From the NCBI GenBank assembly GCA_964344965.1, contig CAYFPJ010000002.1, positions 1,068-65,067 of the forward strand: a stretch of DNA of 64,000 nt, given 5' to 3'. Position 1 is the first letter of the stretch; the number at the start of each line of letters is the position of its first letter. The translations under genes were made by a program, and so were the position numbers. Below the pieces are notes generated by a model. It had not been told where the DNA came from, did no database searches, and worked only from the letters and a program-made list of their open reading frames with translations. Below are positions 25,679 to 35,175 of this stretch, piece after piece. The stretch is from an uncultured Gammaproteobacteria bacterium (GTDB lineage: Bacteria; Patescibacteriota; Patescibacteriia; Magasanikbacterales; UBA922).

Positions 25679-28651
25679 CTACACCCTAAACTCACAAATA
25701 TCCCTAAAATCACATCTTCCACAAATAAATTTACTTGGCGTAGCTTCAAACTTTCGTTCGTGAATTTGCTCAATAGTTTTGGCCAATTTTCCTTTTAGCT
25801 TTTCCAGTTCTTTTTCTTTCCCGATGAATGATGTCTTTATATTATCATTTAAATAATAAAATGTTAACTTACTGGTCTCACCCACATGCTTATATTCTGG
25901 CAAAGTGCTAGCCACTATCTGATAAATCAAAAGTTGATCCTTCTCTTTACCAACTAATTTCTCTTTACTTTTTCCAGTCTTGTAATCAACAATTTCAAGA
26001 GTGCCGTCTTCCAGTTTGTCGACCCGATCAATACGGCCGGAAATTGTATAGTCCCCTACTTTTACCTTGAAACCACTTTCAAGAGAGATAGGTACATTCC
26101 AATTCCCTTCTTCAGAAGCATAAAAAACTTTTAGAATTTCTTTTCCTTTCTTATGATAATCTTCTCGCTGGCGTTTGCTCACATACCAGTCACTGATCCA
26201 CTTCTCCTCATATATTTGTAGAAGTTCTTCAAAAGACGGCACTTTGATATTGGAATCTATAAACTTATCAGCCGGTAGACCAAAAAGTGAATCCTGCTTC
26301 AAGCCATTTAATTCCTGAATCCGCTCATAAAATTTTTGCAAAGTATTGTGCATGGTCGAGCCAAAACTAAAGCTAGCACTCCCCTTGGTCGGAATTTTGA
26401 GGACATGCGCCAGCTTATACTGATACGGACAAGTCTGATAAGAACTAATCTGCGAATAAGAAAACCTCTTCGGCAAATCATAGATCACCTCACTTTCCTT
26501 TGTATCTTGAATATCCCTCTGTTGAAAAGATATGGTAACGGGTTCGTCGTTCGTCAGGAGCTTGTCCTGAGCTTGCCGAATGGATCGTTCGTCTCTCATT
26601 CCCAACTCCGCCACGAATCTACTTAATTTGGAAGAGCGTACCCCACCATAACTCTCAGCGCTCGTCAAAAAAAGTCTCTCCTTCGCCCTCGTCATCGCTA
26701 CATAAAACAGCCGTCTCTCTTCTTGATAATGATAGTCCCCTTCTGGCACAGTTTCACGAACAAGTTCTTCTGGCAGCTCAATATTGCCACCTTTGCGACG
26801 AGTAGGAAATCGCCCTTCCACACAGTTGACGACGAAAACATACTTGAATTCCAGACCCTTGGAGGCATGTACTGTCATAATGTTCACAGAGTCTGGTGTA
26901 TCGGTCGGCTGGTAGAGCTTGCCATCATCACCAGAAATGATAATTTGGTTATAAAAATCAACAAATCCAAAAACATTGGCATCCGGAATAGATTCTTGAT
27001 ATTTTTCTACAAATTCAAAAAACTGCTTGAGATGTCTGATCTCTCTTATCGTTTTTCTATCCCCATCTTCTTCTGTCTGCGTGAGGTGAGATAGATATCC
27101 ACTGTTTTCGAGAAACTCAATTAGTACTGTGGTTGGTTTCTCAAATCTGGCTCGCTTCATGCCATGGTGGATTAGTTCGATCAATTTATTACAAATTCCA
27201 ACCCCCTCCTCTGATAGCTTGAATTCTCGAGCCCGCTTCAGACCTTCGTAATATGGAATGCTTTTCTTTTTTGATAAGTACAAAATCTTCTGCATATCAT
27301 TTTCGCGCATTCCAAAAAATGGTAAACGAAGAAGGCGGTAGACTGCCACAGAATCATGAAAGTCAGCCAGCACTTTAAAAAAATTAAAGCAATCCATCAC
27401 AATCGGCTGGCGATACAATCCAGAAGAAGCCAAAAATTCGTATGGAATACCTGATTGTTCAAGGCCTTGGATAAACGGACTAGCATGACTATTGGCTCGG
27501 ACGAGGATAGCAACATCATCCCACACAAACTCTTTATCTTCTTTTTGCAATTTCAAAATTTCACTAACAACAGATCTGACTTCGCTTTCTAAATTAAGTT
27601 CATTAACATGCAAAACTGATGGTTGGGAACTATATTCTCCTGATTCTTTATTCCTAATTCCTGATTCTAGTCTCTTATCAATATCAAGCTTCACCTCAAG
27701 ACGATCCGGATTATTATTCTGAATAAGCTGGTAAGCAGAATCAAGGATCTTCTGATTGGAGCGATAATTTTCTGTTAGCACTATTTCTTTTCCTTTTGGA
27801 AAGTCATCTTTGAATCTAAGGATATTGGAAACACTGGCTCCACGAAAGGCATAAACAGACTGATCATCGTCCCCGACCACAGTGAGCTGACTATTGCCAG
27901 CCAGCAATTTTACCAGCTCATACTGAGCATAGTTGACGTCTTGAAATTCATCAACCAGAATATATTTAAATCTTTTTTGCAAACTTTCTAAAATTAATTT
28001 CCTTTTTTTGAGTAGTCCTACTGTATAAAAAATTAGATCGCCAAAGTCTAACGCATTATGCCTGAGCAGAAGCTGATTGTAGCTGTGATAAGCATTGGCG
28101 AGCTCTGCTATCTTGCTTTTCTCTTCTTCGGCATTGTCATGATCTAGTTGTAAATTTTTGGCATATTCCAGATATTCTGCCGGACTGATCAGCTCGTCTT
28201 TACATTTGGAAAAATGAGAGATAAGGGCATAGATATTACGACTGGGATTTCCAAGTGGGCGATAATAATCAAGGTTGAAATCATACAAATTTTCTTTCAT
28301 CAGAAGCCAGGCATCTGTCCCTGTCATTAGTTTGAACTGATTTGGTAAACCCACATCAAGACCATAATTCTCCAAAATATTTTGGCAAAAAACATGAAAA
28401 GTAGAAATCTGTAAATCTAGGTAACCAATATCAAGGAGCACATCAACCCGCTCCTGCATCTCTTCTGCTGCTTTGTCTGTAAAAGTAAGGGCGAGAATCT
28501 CTTCTGGTTTCACTCCTTTTTCCTTTACCAAATAACTAATCTTCTTGGTAATCACAGTCGTCTTCCCAGTCCCCGCTCCAGCAACAATAAGAAGAGGACC
28601 GCCGACATATTCGACGGCCTGTTTTTGTGATTTATTGAGTTTTTTTGTCAT
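25679..28651 (-). CDS. UvrD/PcrA-like superfamily-1 helicase fused to a C-terminal PD-(D/E)XK Cas4/AddB-like nuclease domain
   Basis: N-terminal helicase motifs (GAGTGKT, VDEFQD, TVHASKGLEF). The C-terminal region carries the nuclease motifs and a Cys cluster (CPYQYK...CGRCDFRDIC). Confidence 0.8.
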   Translation of the reverse strand: MTKKLNKSQKQAVEYVGGPLLIVAGAGTGKTTVITKKISYLVKEKGVKPEEILALTFTDKAAEEMQERVDVLLDIGYLDLQISTFHVFCQNILENYGLDVGLPNQFKLMTGTDAWLLMKENLYDFNLDYYRPLGNPSRNIYALISHFSKCKDELISPAEYLEYAKNLQLDHDNAEEEKSKIAELANAYHSYNQLLLRHNALDFGDLIFYTVGLLKKRKLILESLQKRFKYILVDEFQDVNYAQYELVKLLAGNSQLTVVGDDDQSVYAFRGASVSNILRFKDDFPKGKEIVLTENYRSNQKILDSAYQLIQNNNPDRLEVKLDIDKRLESGIRNKESGEYSSQPSVLHVNELNLESEVRSVVSEILKLQKEDKEFVWDDVAILVRANSHASPFIQGLEQSGIPYEFLASSGLYRQPIVMDCFNFFKVLADFHDSVAVYRLLRLPFFGMRENDMQKILYLSKKKSIPYYEGLKRAREFKLSEEGVGICNKLIELIHHGMKRARFEKPTTVLIEFLENSGYLSHLTQTEEDGDRKTIREIRHLKQFFEFVEKYQESIPDANVFGFVDFYNQIIISGDDGKLYQPTDTPDSVNIMTVHASKGLEFKYVFVVNCVEGRFPTRRKGGNIELPEELVRETVPEGDYHYQEERRLFYVAMTRAKERLFLTSAESYGGVRSSKLSRFVAELGMRDERSIRQAQDKLLTNDEPVTISFQQRDIQDTKESEVIYDLPKRFSYSQISSYQTCPYQYKLAHVLKIPTKGSASFSFGSTMHNTLQKFYERIQELNGLKQDSLFGLPADKFIDSNIKVPSFEELLQIYEEKWISDWYVSKRQREDYHKKGKEILKVFYASEEGNWNVPISLESGFKVKVGDYTISGRIDRVDKLEDGTLEIVDYKTGKSKEKLVGKEKDQLLIYQIVASTLPEYKHVGETSKLTFYYLNDNIKTSFIGKEKELEKLKGKLAKTIEQIHERKFEATPSKFICGRCDFRDICEFRV

Positions 28652-28656
28652 AAGTT

Positions 28657-28696
28657 ATGTGCGAAATTACGAAAGCTGCGAAATGTACGAAAAAAA
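28657..28696 (-). repeat. TTTCGTA-type tandem repeat array (4 units) ending 5 nt before the helicase-nuclease ATG
   Basis: The minus strand reads TTTCGTACA TTTCGCAGC TTTCGTAA TTTCGCACAT AACTT ATG. Confidence 0.7.
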
Positions 28697-28760
28697 CTTA
28701 ATCTATTCTATATAATCCTAGCACAATTATGTTGCCTTAACAATTCCAACAACAAACAAA

Positions 28761-28796
28761 TTTCGTAACTTTCGTACTGTTCGTAATTTCGCACAT
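28761..28796 (+). repeat. TTTCGTA-type tandem repeat array (4 units), upstream of the hup promoter
   Basis: TTTCGTAAC TTTCGTACTG TTCGTAA TTTCGCACAT. Confidence 0.7.
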
Positions 28797-28828
28797 AAAT
28801 CATCCTGTGGACAAATATTTTGGCTCTA

Positions 28829-28858
28829 TTGACACAAATATGCATTATCAAGTATAAT
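28829..28858 (+). promoter_or_regulatory. candidate sigma70-type promoter of hup
   Basis: TTGACA -18 nt- TATAAT, lying 40 nt upstream of the hup ATG. Confidence 0.45.
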
Positions 28859-28897
28859 TCCTATAGAAAATAAGTAATTAGTGTAATCAATGTTTAT

Positions 28898-29224
28898 ATG
28901 TCTAAACTCAATAAAGCTGCTCTAGCGGATGCCATCTCTTCAAAGGTAGGTGTCTCAAAAAAAGAAGCCGAAGCCATGCTCGAAGCCTTTGTCCAGATCG
29001 TCACTACTACTCTCCAGGCCAATGACGAAGTTACTATTGCTGGCTTCGGAGCCTTCAGCGCCAAGATGCGTGCTGGCCGGATCGGAGTCAATCCTCAAAA
29101 CCCAAGCCAGAAAATCCAAATCCCACCAGTAAGAGTACCGAAGTTCAAAGCTGGAAAGGGATTGAAAGATGCTCTCAAAAAGAAAAAAGAGGAAGAAGCA
29201 GTGGAAGCTCCTCCAATGATGTAA
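28898..29224 (+). CDS. hup: HU/IHF-family DNA-binding protein with a K/A/P-rich C-terminal extension
   Basis: MSKLNKAALADAIS...GFGAF...RNPQT-like HU fold, plus the tail KFKAGKGLKDALKKKKEEEAVEAPP. Confidence 0.85.
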   Translation: MSKLNKAALADAISSKVGVSKKEAEAMLEAFVQIVTTTLQANDEVTIAGFGAFSAKMRAGRIGVNPQNPSQKIQIPPVRVPKFKAGKGLKDALKKKKEEEAVEAPPMM

Positions 29225-29235
29225 ACACATTTCAA

Positions 29236-29268
29236 ACAAAAAAATCCTGATGCTTATCGGGATTTTTT
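29236..29268 (+). terminator. rho-independent terminator of hup
   Basis: AAATCCTGA-TGCTTA-TCGGGATTT followed by a T-run. Confidence 0.7.
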
Positions 29269-29332
29269 GTTCCATATTTGTCATCCTGAGCGCAGCGAAG
29301 GATCTTTAGCAAGGAAGACATTCTCTAAGCCA

Positions 29333-29358
29333 AAAACCGCCTAATCAGGCGGTTTTAT
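29333..29358 (-). terminator. rho-independent terminator downstream of tRNA-Met
   Basis: The minus strand reads AAAACCGCCTGATTAGGCGGTTTTT. Confidence 0.75.
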
Positions 29359-29360
29359 TG

Positions 29361-29434
29361 TGTCAGAGGTGGGGATTGAACCCACGACCTTAGCGTTATG
29401 AGTGCTACGCTCTAACCAACTGAGCTACTCTGAC
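29361..29434 (-). tRNA. tRNA with CAT anticodon (Met; an initiator or lysidine-Ile2 identity is not excluded); CCA not encoded
   Basis: Manual fold: acceptor GTCAGAG/CTCTGAC, D-arm GCTC-AGTTGGTTA-GAGC, anticodon loop CTCATAA, T-arm GTGGG-TTCAATC-CCCAC. There is an A-C mismatch at positions 31-39. Confidence 0.8.
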
Positions 29435-29549
29435 CGGGCTCCATTTTCGCTTCGCTCAAATTATGCCCGGCAGGCCCGGGGCTTTCTGGGCAAAAAAATA
29501 ATAATTGGCCTGCCCGGCGCAATCACGACAGAGTCGGGATGGAGACGGG

Positions 29550-29621
29550 TAGCCCCAAGGGGAATCGAACCCCTGTTCCCAGGATGAGAACCTGGTGTCC
29601 TAACCACTAGACGATGGGGCC
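29550..29621 (-). tRNA. tRNA-Glu (anticodon CTC); CCA not encoded
   Basis: Manual fold: acceptor GGCCCCA/TGGGGCT (G1-U72), anticodon stem CCAGG/CCTGG with loop TTCTCAT, T-arm GGGG-TTCGATT-CCCC. Confidence 0.8.
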
Positions 29622-29680
29622 TTATTCAACAATTAACATTTTACAATTGACAATTAACTTTTGACTAATGAGACGAAAAG

Positions 29681-29709
29681 ATTATATACGATTTAACCAA
29701 ATTAGTCAA
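29681..29709 (-). promoter_or_regulatory. consensus sigma70 promoter of the tRNA-Glu/tRNA-Met operon
   Basis: The minus strand reads TTGACT -17 nt- TATAAT; the predicted TSS is ~50 nt upstream of tRNA-Glu. Confidence 0.6.
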
Positions 29710-29790
29710 TAATTACGTTCTGTATCACTATTTTAGATACGTTATTGACAAAATCAATAGTATATAAGATTGGAATTAAAAAAATGTTTT

Positions 29791-29818
29791 AGTGCTTAGG
29801 TGTTTAAGTGTTCAAGTG
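29791..29818. repeat. AGTGYTTAR octamer tandem repeats directly after the ftsI stop codon
   Basis: AGTGCTTAGG TGTTTAAG TGTTCAAG TG; as RNA this reads CACUUGAACACUUAAACACCUAAGCACU and is G-poor. Confidence 0.7.
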
Positions 29819-29823
29819 AAAAA

Positions 29824-31599
29824 CTAGCGGACCGGCGGCACTTGATAATATTCCAAAATAGATTTAGCAATATCTCCAAACACTGGGGCCGCTGTGCTAG
29901 AAGAATATTTTCTCTTTGGTTTTTCAAACTTAACTATCATCACAAACTTAGGATCATCTACCGGAGCAAATCCAATGAAAGAATGATTGGTATCTTCTGT
30001 ATATCCTCCCCGGCCAGCAATCTGAGCTGTCCCAGTCTTTCCCGCTACATAATGACCATTCACACCAGCCAAGCCAGCCTGACCACTATCCACAACTTTC
30101 ACAAGCATGGCTCCCAAAAGAGAGGCGCTTTTTTTGTCCAAAATTTCCCCAGTAGACTCTGGATGAGTCTGGTCTATCCTACCATCTGCGTATTCTATTC
30201 TCTCTACCACATAGGGTTTCATCATCTCCCCTCCATTGGCAATTGCTCCGAATGCAGTAACTGCCTGAAGAGGTGTAGCTGTAAGTCCCTGACCAAAAGA
30301 AGCAGTCGCCGTGTAGCAATCAAAACGATCTTTGCTATTTTCATAAAGAGAATCTATTGTACCAGAAGATTCACTATCAAGCTCAATACCTGTCTTCACC
30401 CCAAAACCAAATTTTTCAATATATTCAATAAATTTTTCTTTACCAACCTCTTCAGCCACATGGACCATTCCCGTATTAATAGAATTTTCCAACACACCTG
30501 TCATGGTCTGATCTTTGTATATTTTTTCTCCAGCATTTTTGATTGGCTTTTGACATACGCCATCTCTACTACCAGAATCATAAAAATATGTATCTGGAGT
30601 GATAACCTCAACATCTAGAGCGGCAGCCATAGCAATTGGTTTGAAAATTGAACCAGGCTCATATGGCGTGAAAATACTAGAATTATTATAAAAATTTACG
30701 TCATCAATGTTCCCATAATTATTGAGTTCAAAGTCTGGCAAAGAACACATCGTTCGAATTGCACCAGTACTAGGGTCTAAAATAATAAGAGATGCTCCGC
30801 TTGCACCATATTCTTCCATACCTTGACGCAAACGCTCACAAGCCTTGAATTGGAGTGTCCTATCAATAGTAAGGAAGATATCTGCCCCATCTTCAGCTGG
30901 CTCGAACGACCGACCAGCTAGTGGGATGAAGCTCCCTGCCAACCCTTTCTTTCCTTCAAGAAACCCTCCCTTACCGCTGAGCTCCTGCTGCCAATACCCT
31001 TCTATACCATAACGTCCAATATCATTACCGTCTTCATCTTTACCCACAAAACCTATCACATGAGACCCGAGATGTCCTTCTGGATAGTAGCGTTCTTGTC
31101 GACGAACAAATCCGATTCCTTCCAAATCTTTTTCTTTCAAAATATCAACCACACTTTCTTCCACTTTTTTCTCTATCGGTTCGTAGGGGTCTGTACGCTT
31201 ATTTAGTTGTAAATAAAGTTGGAATTTTTGCTCGTCATCATAGCCAAACACTTCAGACAGTACTTCTGAAATACTCTCGGCAGTTTCATCATCCTCAATA
31301 TCACGAGTATCTGCAAATACTGTAAAAAAATCCTTATTGAGAGCAGCAGGATAAGCTTCTCCAGTATCATCATCTTCTAGAAAAAAAATCTCCCCTCTCT
31401 CGGGAAAGAGCTGCTCATAGAGTGTATGAGAGCCAGCAGCAAGAGCTGTATAAAATCCATGCTGGATGACCATTAAGACAAAAAGGCGAGCTATCACAGC
31501 AAAGGTAAAGATGCTCAAAAAAACAACCGCGATTCTAAGACGTTTGTCTGTGGGATTAGAGAGATCTTCTTTGTATTTTCTTTTTTTATTTTTATACAC
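29824..31599 (-). CDS. ftsI: peptidoglycan D,D-transpeptidase (PBP2/FtsI-type class B penicillin-binding protein)
   Basis: N-terminal TM segment, PBP dimerisation domain, and transpeptidase motifs SIFKP (SxxK), SIN-like and KTGTA. Confidence 0.85.
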   Translation of the reverse strand: MYKNKKRKYKEDLSNPTDKRLRIAVVFLSIFTFAVIARLFVLMVIQHGFYTALAAGSHTLYEQLFPERGEIFFLEDDDTGEAYPAALNKDFFTVFADTRDIEDDETAESISEVLSEVFGYDDEQKFQLYLQLNKRTDPYEPIEKKVEESVVDILKEKDLEGIGFVRRQERYYPEGHLGSHVIGFVGKDEDGNDIGRYGIEGYWQQELSGKGGFLEGKKGLAGSFIPLAGRSFEPAEDGADIFLTIDRTLQFKACERLRQGMEEYGASGASLIILDPSTGAIRTMCSLPDFELNNYGNIDDVNFYNNSSIFTPYEPGSIFKPIAMAAALDVEVITPDTYFYDSGSRDGVCQKPIKNAGEKIYKDQTMTGVLENSINTGMVHVAEEVGKEKFIEYIEKFGFGVKTGIELDSESSGTIDSLYENSKDRFDCYTATASFGQGLTATPLQAVTAFGAIANGGEMMKPYVVERIEYADGRIDQTHPESTGEILDKKSASLLGAMLVKVVDSGQAGLAGVNGHYVAGKTGTAQIAGRGGYTEDTNHSFIGFAPVDDPKFVMIVKFEKPKRKYSSSTAAPVFGDIAKSILEYYQVPPVR

Positions 31600-31640
31600 A
31601 AAAACAAATTCCTATTATCTAGAAAATGGACGAATGCAAA

Positions 31641-31714
31641 TTCTTTTTTGCTTTTTTGGTGGAGCCAACAGTCTGCTCCTCTGCGATTTTGGGCCATCAA
31701 AAAAGCAAAAAGAA
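31641..31714. other. conserved-loop / variable-stem hairpin, copy 1
   Basis: Stem TTCTTTTTTGCTTTTTTG / CAAAAAAGCAAAAAGAA encloses GGAGCCAACAGTCTGCTCCTCTGCGATTTTGGGCC. Confidence 0.7.
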
Positions 31715-31746
31715 TTTGGTAGTTCATTTTACAATTTTTAAGCAAA

Positions 31747-32859
31747 CTATATCTTCCGATGTCTCCCAGTCCTATTCTCTGCCACTTCTTCTGTAATAAG
31801 TCCATCTTTCAATAACTGCTTTATAGAGTTATCCATAGTAATCATCCCCTCTTTCGCTCCGGTCTGAATAGAGCTCTGGATCTGAGCAATATTATTCTCT
31901 CTAATCAAATTACTAATTGCTGGAGTGTTGACCAAAATTTCTCTAGCAGCAACCCTCTTACCATCTGCAGCAGGCACTAGCTGCTGAGCCACCACACAAC
32001 GAAGAACAGCAGAAAGCTGAATCAAGACCTGCTTTTGCTTTGCCCCCTCAAAAACATCTACTATACGCTCTACAGCTTCAGCAGCAGTAGAAGTATGAAG
32101 AGTAGAAAATACCAGGTGACCAGTCTCCGCAGCAGTGAGGACAGTGGCAATAGTCTCTGGATCACGCATTTCTCCTACAAAGACGACATTGGGGTCTTGC
32201 CGAAGGACATGCTTGAGAGCAGAATCAAAAGATCTGGTATCCACCCCCACTTCACGCTGCTCAATAAGACTTTCTTTATCTTCGAAATTAAACTCTATTG
32301 GGTCTTCAATCGTAATGATGTGAGACTTCCTGGTCTTGTTGATCTCTTCAATCATACTGGCGATAGTAGTAGACTTACCATGCCCTGTCGGACCTACCAC
32401 AAGCACCAGACCGTCTAGAAGGTTGATACAATTCTTGAGAGCTGGCTCAAAACGAAGATCTTCTGGAGTAGGAATGTCCTTGGGGATAAGACGAGCAGCC
32501 AGACCGATCTTACCGTCTTGTCTGTGAACATTGACTCGAAAACGAACTTCACCCACCTCATATCCTAGATCCAACTCAGCCTGGTCAATAAATCTCTTTT
32601 TTTGTTTGGTAGAGATAATATCCATGATATAACCCTCTAGCTCATTGGCAGGCAAAGGACCCTCTTCCCAATACTGAAGCACTCCTTCAATACGTATTGC
32701 TGGCTTTTCATCTCCTACAAGATGTAAATCTGACGCACCACTGTCAATAGCAACTTGAAAATATGATTTTAGTGATTTCATAGATAAAGGCTTAAAAATG
32801 CTTGAAAAGCTAAGAAGGCTTGAAAGACTTAATATCCTTTCTAGTTTAGCACAAAACAA
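31747..32859 (-). CDS. pilT: type IV pilus retraction ATPase PilT (probable start at 32781, MKSLKSY...)
   Basis: Walker A GPTGHGKST and the PilT-specific HLVFSTLHT and AIRNLIRE-like (ISNLIRENN) motifs. Confidence 0.85.
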   Translation of the reverse strand: MFCAKLERILSLSSLLSFSSIFKPLSMKSLKSYFQVAIDSGASDLHLVGDEKPAIRIEGVLQYWEEGPLPANELEGYIMDIISTKQKKRFIDQAELDLGYEVGEVRFRVNVHRQDGKIGLAARLIPKDIPTPEDLRFEPALKNCINLLDGLVLVVGPTGHGKSTTIASMIEEINKTRKSHIITIEDPIEFNFEDKESLIEQREVGVDTRSFDSALKHVLRQDPNVVFVGEMRDPETIATVLTAAETGHLVFSTLHTSTAAEAVERIVDVFEGAKQKQVLIQLSAVLRCVVAQQLVPAADGKRVAAREILVNTPAISNLIRENNIAQIQSSIQTGAKEGMITMDNSIKQLLKDGLITEEVAENRTGRHRKI

Positions 32860-33076
32860 AACTACTAGCTAACCTATCATTTTAGAATCCACATGGGGGT
32901 TTGGGGGAGAAGCTGTTTGAGCCCTGTTGCTAAGTGTAGATGATATTAATAGCACCTCACGGGCGAGTTCTTCTCCCCCAACACTTTTTGTTACTTTTTG
33001 GTGTCAAAAAGTAAGTGGAGAATATATTAACGTCGGGAGTTTGAGAGGTGGGTCGGAGGGAAAGACTTCATGATAA

Positions 33077-33107
33077 AAAAATCCATCATGTAGATGGATT
33101 TTTTTAA
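33077..33107 (-). terminator. bidirectional rho-independent terminator after the YtxH-like gene
   Basis: AAAAAAATCCATC-ATGTA-GATGGATTTTTTT. Confidence 0.75.
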
Positions 33108-33113
33108 TATTAA

Positions 33114-33440
33114 CTATTTCTTCCTACCACCAATTTCTCTCTGTATACTTTTCCACTGCGAGCTGACCAGCTTCACTACCATATTTTTAACATTATCAGC
33201 CAAACCATTTTGAATAGCATATTTGTCCACAGTCTCTCTGACCAAAGTAACATATTTATTCTTGGTCATCTTACCAAATTGATCAGAGGTGGCAACCCTC
33301 TCTTTGACATCAGCATATACATCGGCCGCATAGTCAAAAATTTGGTCACGCACTTCCCTGCCCTTCTTAGTAGTAGAGAGCCACATAAGTCCTGCTCCCA
33401 AGAGACCACCAAATACTAAGCCTTTTTTAAATTTACCCAT
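33114..33440 (-). CDS. YtxH-like small membrane-anchored protein
   Basis: N-terminal GLVFGGLLGAGLMWL TM segment followed by KKGREVRDQI, as in the YtxH family. Confidence 0.45.
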   Translation of the reverse strand: MGKFKKGLVFGGLLGAGLMWLSTTKKGREVRDQIFDYAADVYADVKERVATSDQFGKMTKNKYVTLVRETVDKYAIQNGLADNVKNMVVKLVSSQWKSIQREIGGRKK

Positions 33441-33463
33441 ATTTTTTAGAATATAAAACTAAA

Positions 33464-33576
33464 CTCTTCGTCATTGCGAGGAGTCTGAAAGAACGACGTG
33501 GCAATCTTAGTGTTTGTAAATAAAACAATGAGATTGCCACGTCGTGCTTGCTTCGCGCACTCCTCGCAATGACGAG
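33464..33576. repeat. 113-nt long two-segment hairpin between co-directional genes
   Basis: CGTCATTGCGAGGAGT/ACTCCTCGCAATGACG and ACGACGTGGCAATCT/AGATTGCCACGTCGT, both perfect arms; GC-rich relative to the flanks. Confidence 0.75.
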
Positions 33577-33627
33577 ATTGTAATATTATGAACTCAAAAC
33601 ATTTCACTATTTAGTATAGCAAATCCT

Positions 33628-34806
33628 CTAAGCCCCGGCAAGATCCTCGTACAAAAGTTCCAAGATATCCACAATAGGGCCCCAAGAATATTTCCTCTCC
33701 ACCGCCAATCTAACATCTTGACCAAACCCAAAACGATCCACACTCCCAGAAAAATACTCTACTATTCTGTCTGCTAAATCTGAAGCATCTCCAGGATTGA
33801 AGACTACACCACCATCTGCAGCCACAGTCCTCACTCCTGGCAAATTGCTTGCAATCACAGGTACTCCACTAGACATAGACTCTAAGAGGACCATTCCAAA
33901 AGCTTCTCCTTGATGAATAGAAGGCAAGACTGTCAGGTCAGCCATATTGTAATAATATGGCAACTCCTCCTGACTCACTCTACCCACAAAACGGACAGAT
34001 CTAGATAATCCAAAAATTTTAGCTCTAGACTCAAAATCAGCTCGCAGCTCACCATCTCCCACAAAAACTGTCTGGATTTCCAAATCCATTTTTTTTAATA
34101 AACGCAAAGAATCTAAAAAAACTGGCACTCCTTTGAAGTAGTGGGCTGCATCCATGCCCCCCACAAACAATAAGAGTGGCATATCTGGATTCAAACTGTG
34201 ACGCAAAAAAAGGGCCTCTGGCTTACCTACACGAGGTCTAAAAGTGCTAGTATTAACACCAAAAGGAAGCTCTGCCCATTTATTTTTTTGGGTGAAAAAA
34301 ATGTTGGCAGCACTGCTGTGTTCTATATAATCAAATGAACTAGCTATGATAAGATCTGCAACATCAAGAATTTTCGGCATCCAGTATTTGGCGTAATATT
34401 TGAAAATCAGACCTTTCCATCCAGGTCCGCGTGTGTCCATATGATAAGTGACAACGAGAGGCTTGTCTGGATTACGAAGTTTCCACTTTCGGACCAAGTT
34501 GGCTGTCCCAAAAAATGGATAGTGTAGATGGACTAAATCAAAACGGTCTAACTCTTTTCTTACCTGCGGCAATCTGGCTGCCTTACCGTATTGAAAGCTT
34601 GGCTTTAGAAATTTGGCATATTCGATCTGTTCTTGAATTTCTGGCTCATAGTCTGATTCTTTTTGGGGCAGTTTTTCTTGAAATGTCGGTGTCAATACTT
34701 CCACCTCATGCCCACGTTTGGCCAGTTCGCTAATCGTCTGTAGCACAACATTGCCCATGCCGCCGTAGTAGGGTGGGTAGCTGCAGACTATATGGGCGAT
34801 ACGCAT
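33628..34806 (-). CDS. GT4-family glycosyltransferase
   Basis: N-terminal MRIAHIVCSYPPYYGGMGN and the C-terminal EGFGMVLLE.. E-x7-E region. Confidence 0.85.
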   Translation of the reverse strand: MRIAHIVCSYPPYYGGMGNVVLQTISELAKRGHEVEVLTPTFQEKLPQKESDYEPEIQEQIEYAKFLKPSFQYGKAARLPQVRKELDRFDLVHLHYPFFGTANLVRKWKLRNPDKPLVVTYHMDTRGPGWKGLIFKYYAKYWMPKILDVADLIIASSFDYIEHSSAANIFFTQKNKWAELPFGVNTSTFRPRVGKPEALFLRHSLNPDMPLLLFVGGMDAAHYFKGVPVFLDSLRLLKKMDLEIQTVFVGDGELRADFESRAKIFGLSRSVRFVGRVSQEELPYYYNMADLTVLPSIHQGEAFGMVLLESMSSGVPVIASNLPGVRTVAADGGVVFNPGDASDLADRIVEYFSGSVDRFGFGQDVRLAVERKYSWGPIVDILELLYEDLAGA

Positions 34807-34812
34807 ACAAAT

Positions 34813-35148
34813 TTATTTTTTGTCTATCTCTTCAAGAGAGTCCTGACGTATAACCTTGGTAAAATCACGTTTCAGACCCTCCATCTTAACATGAAGCTTG
34901 AAGAGAAGATAAAAGATAGCAGCAATTGAAAGATAAATTACCAAATCAGCTCCACGACCTATACCAATGTAGTCAGCAAGACGCTGGACAATATTCGGCC
35001 AGACAACCACTACTGCCACCACCATCCAAAATAAAATCCAAAATAAAGCCCCCTTCGGACCAAGTAAATCATCTTCTTTTCTCTTCAAAACCCCCACAAT
35101 GGCAAAAAGACAAAACAAAACCAACAAAACTTGAAATACAACTAACAT
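34813..35148 (-). CDS. DUF2304-family small membrane protein (GT2 partner)
   Basis: Three TM segments; sits upstream of a DPM1-like GT2, the usual genomic context of this family. Confidence 0.5.
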   Translation of the reverse strand: MLVVFQVLLVLFCLFAIVGVLKRKEDDLLGPKGALFWILFWMVVAVVVVWPNIVQRLADYIGIGRGADLVIYLSIAAIFYLLFKLHVKMEGLKRDFTKVIRQDSLEEIDKK

Positions 35149-35175
35149 ACTGCAGAAATTTAAAACTTAAGAATA

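Noticed and set aside
29435-29549. GC-rich 115-nt spacer between the two tRNAs as a third RNA gene
   Set aside because: It contains CCCGG-CAGGC-CCGGG type hairpins but no tRNA-like arms or a known motif. It is most simply an inter-tRNA processed spacer.
29800-30618. 272-aa plus-strand ORF
   Set aside because: It is antisense to the ftsI/PBP gene, whose conserved transpeptidase motifs show that the minus strand codes. The protein has no motif.
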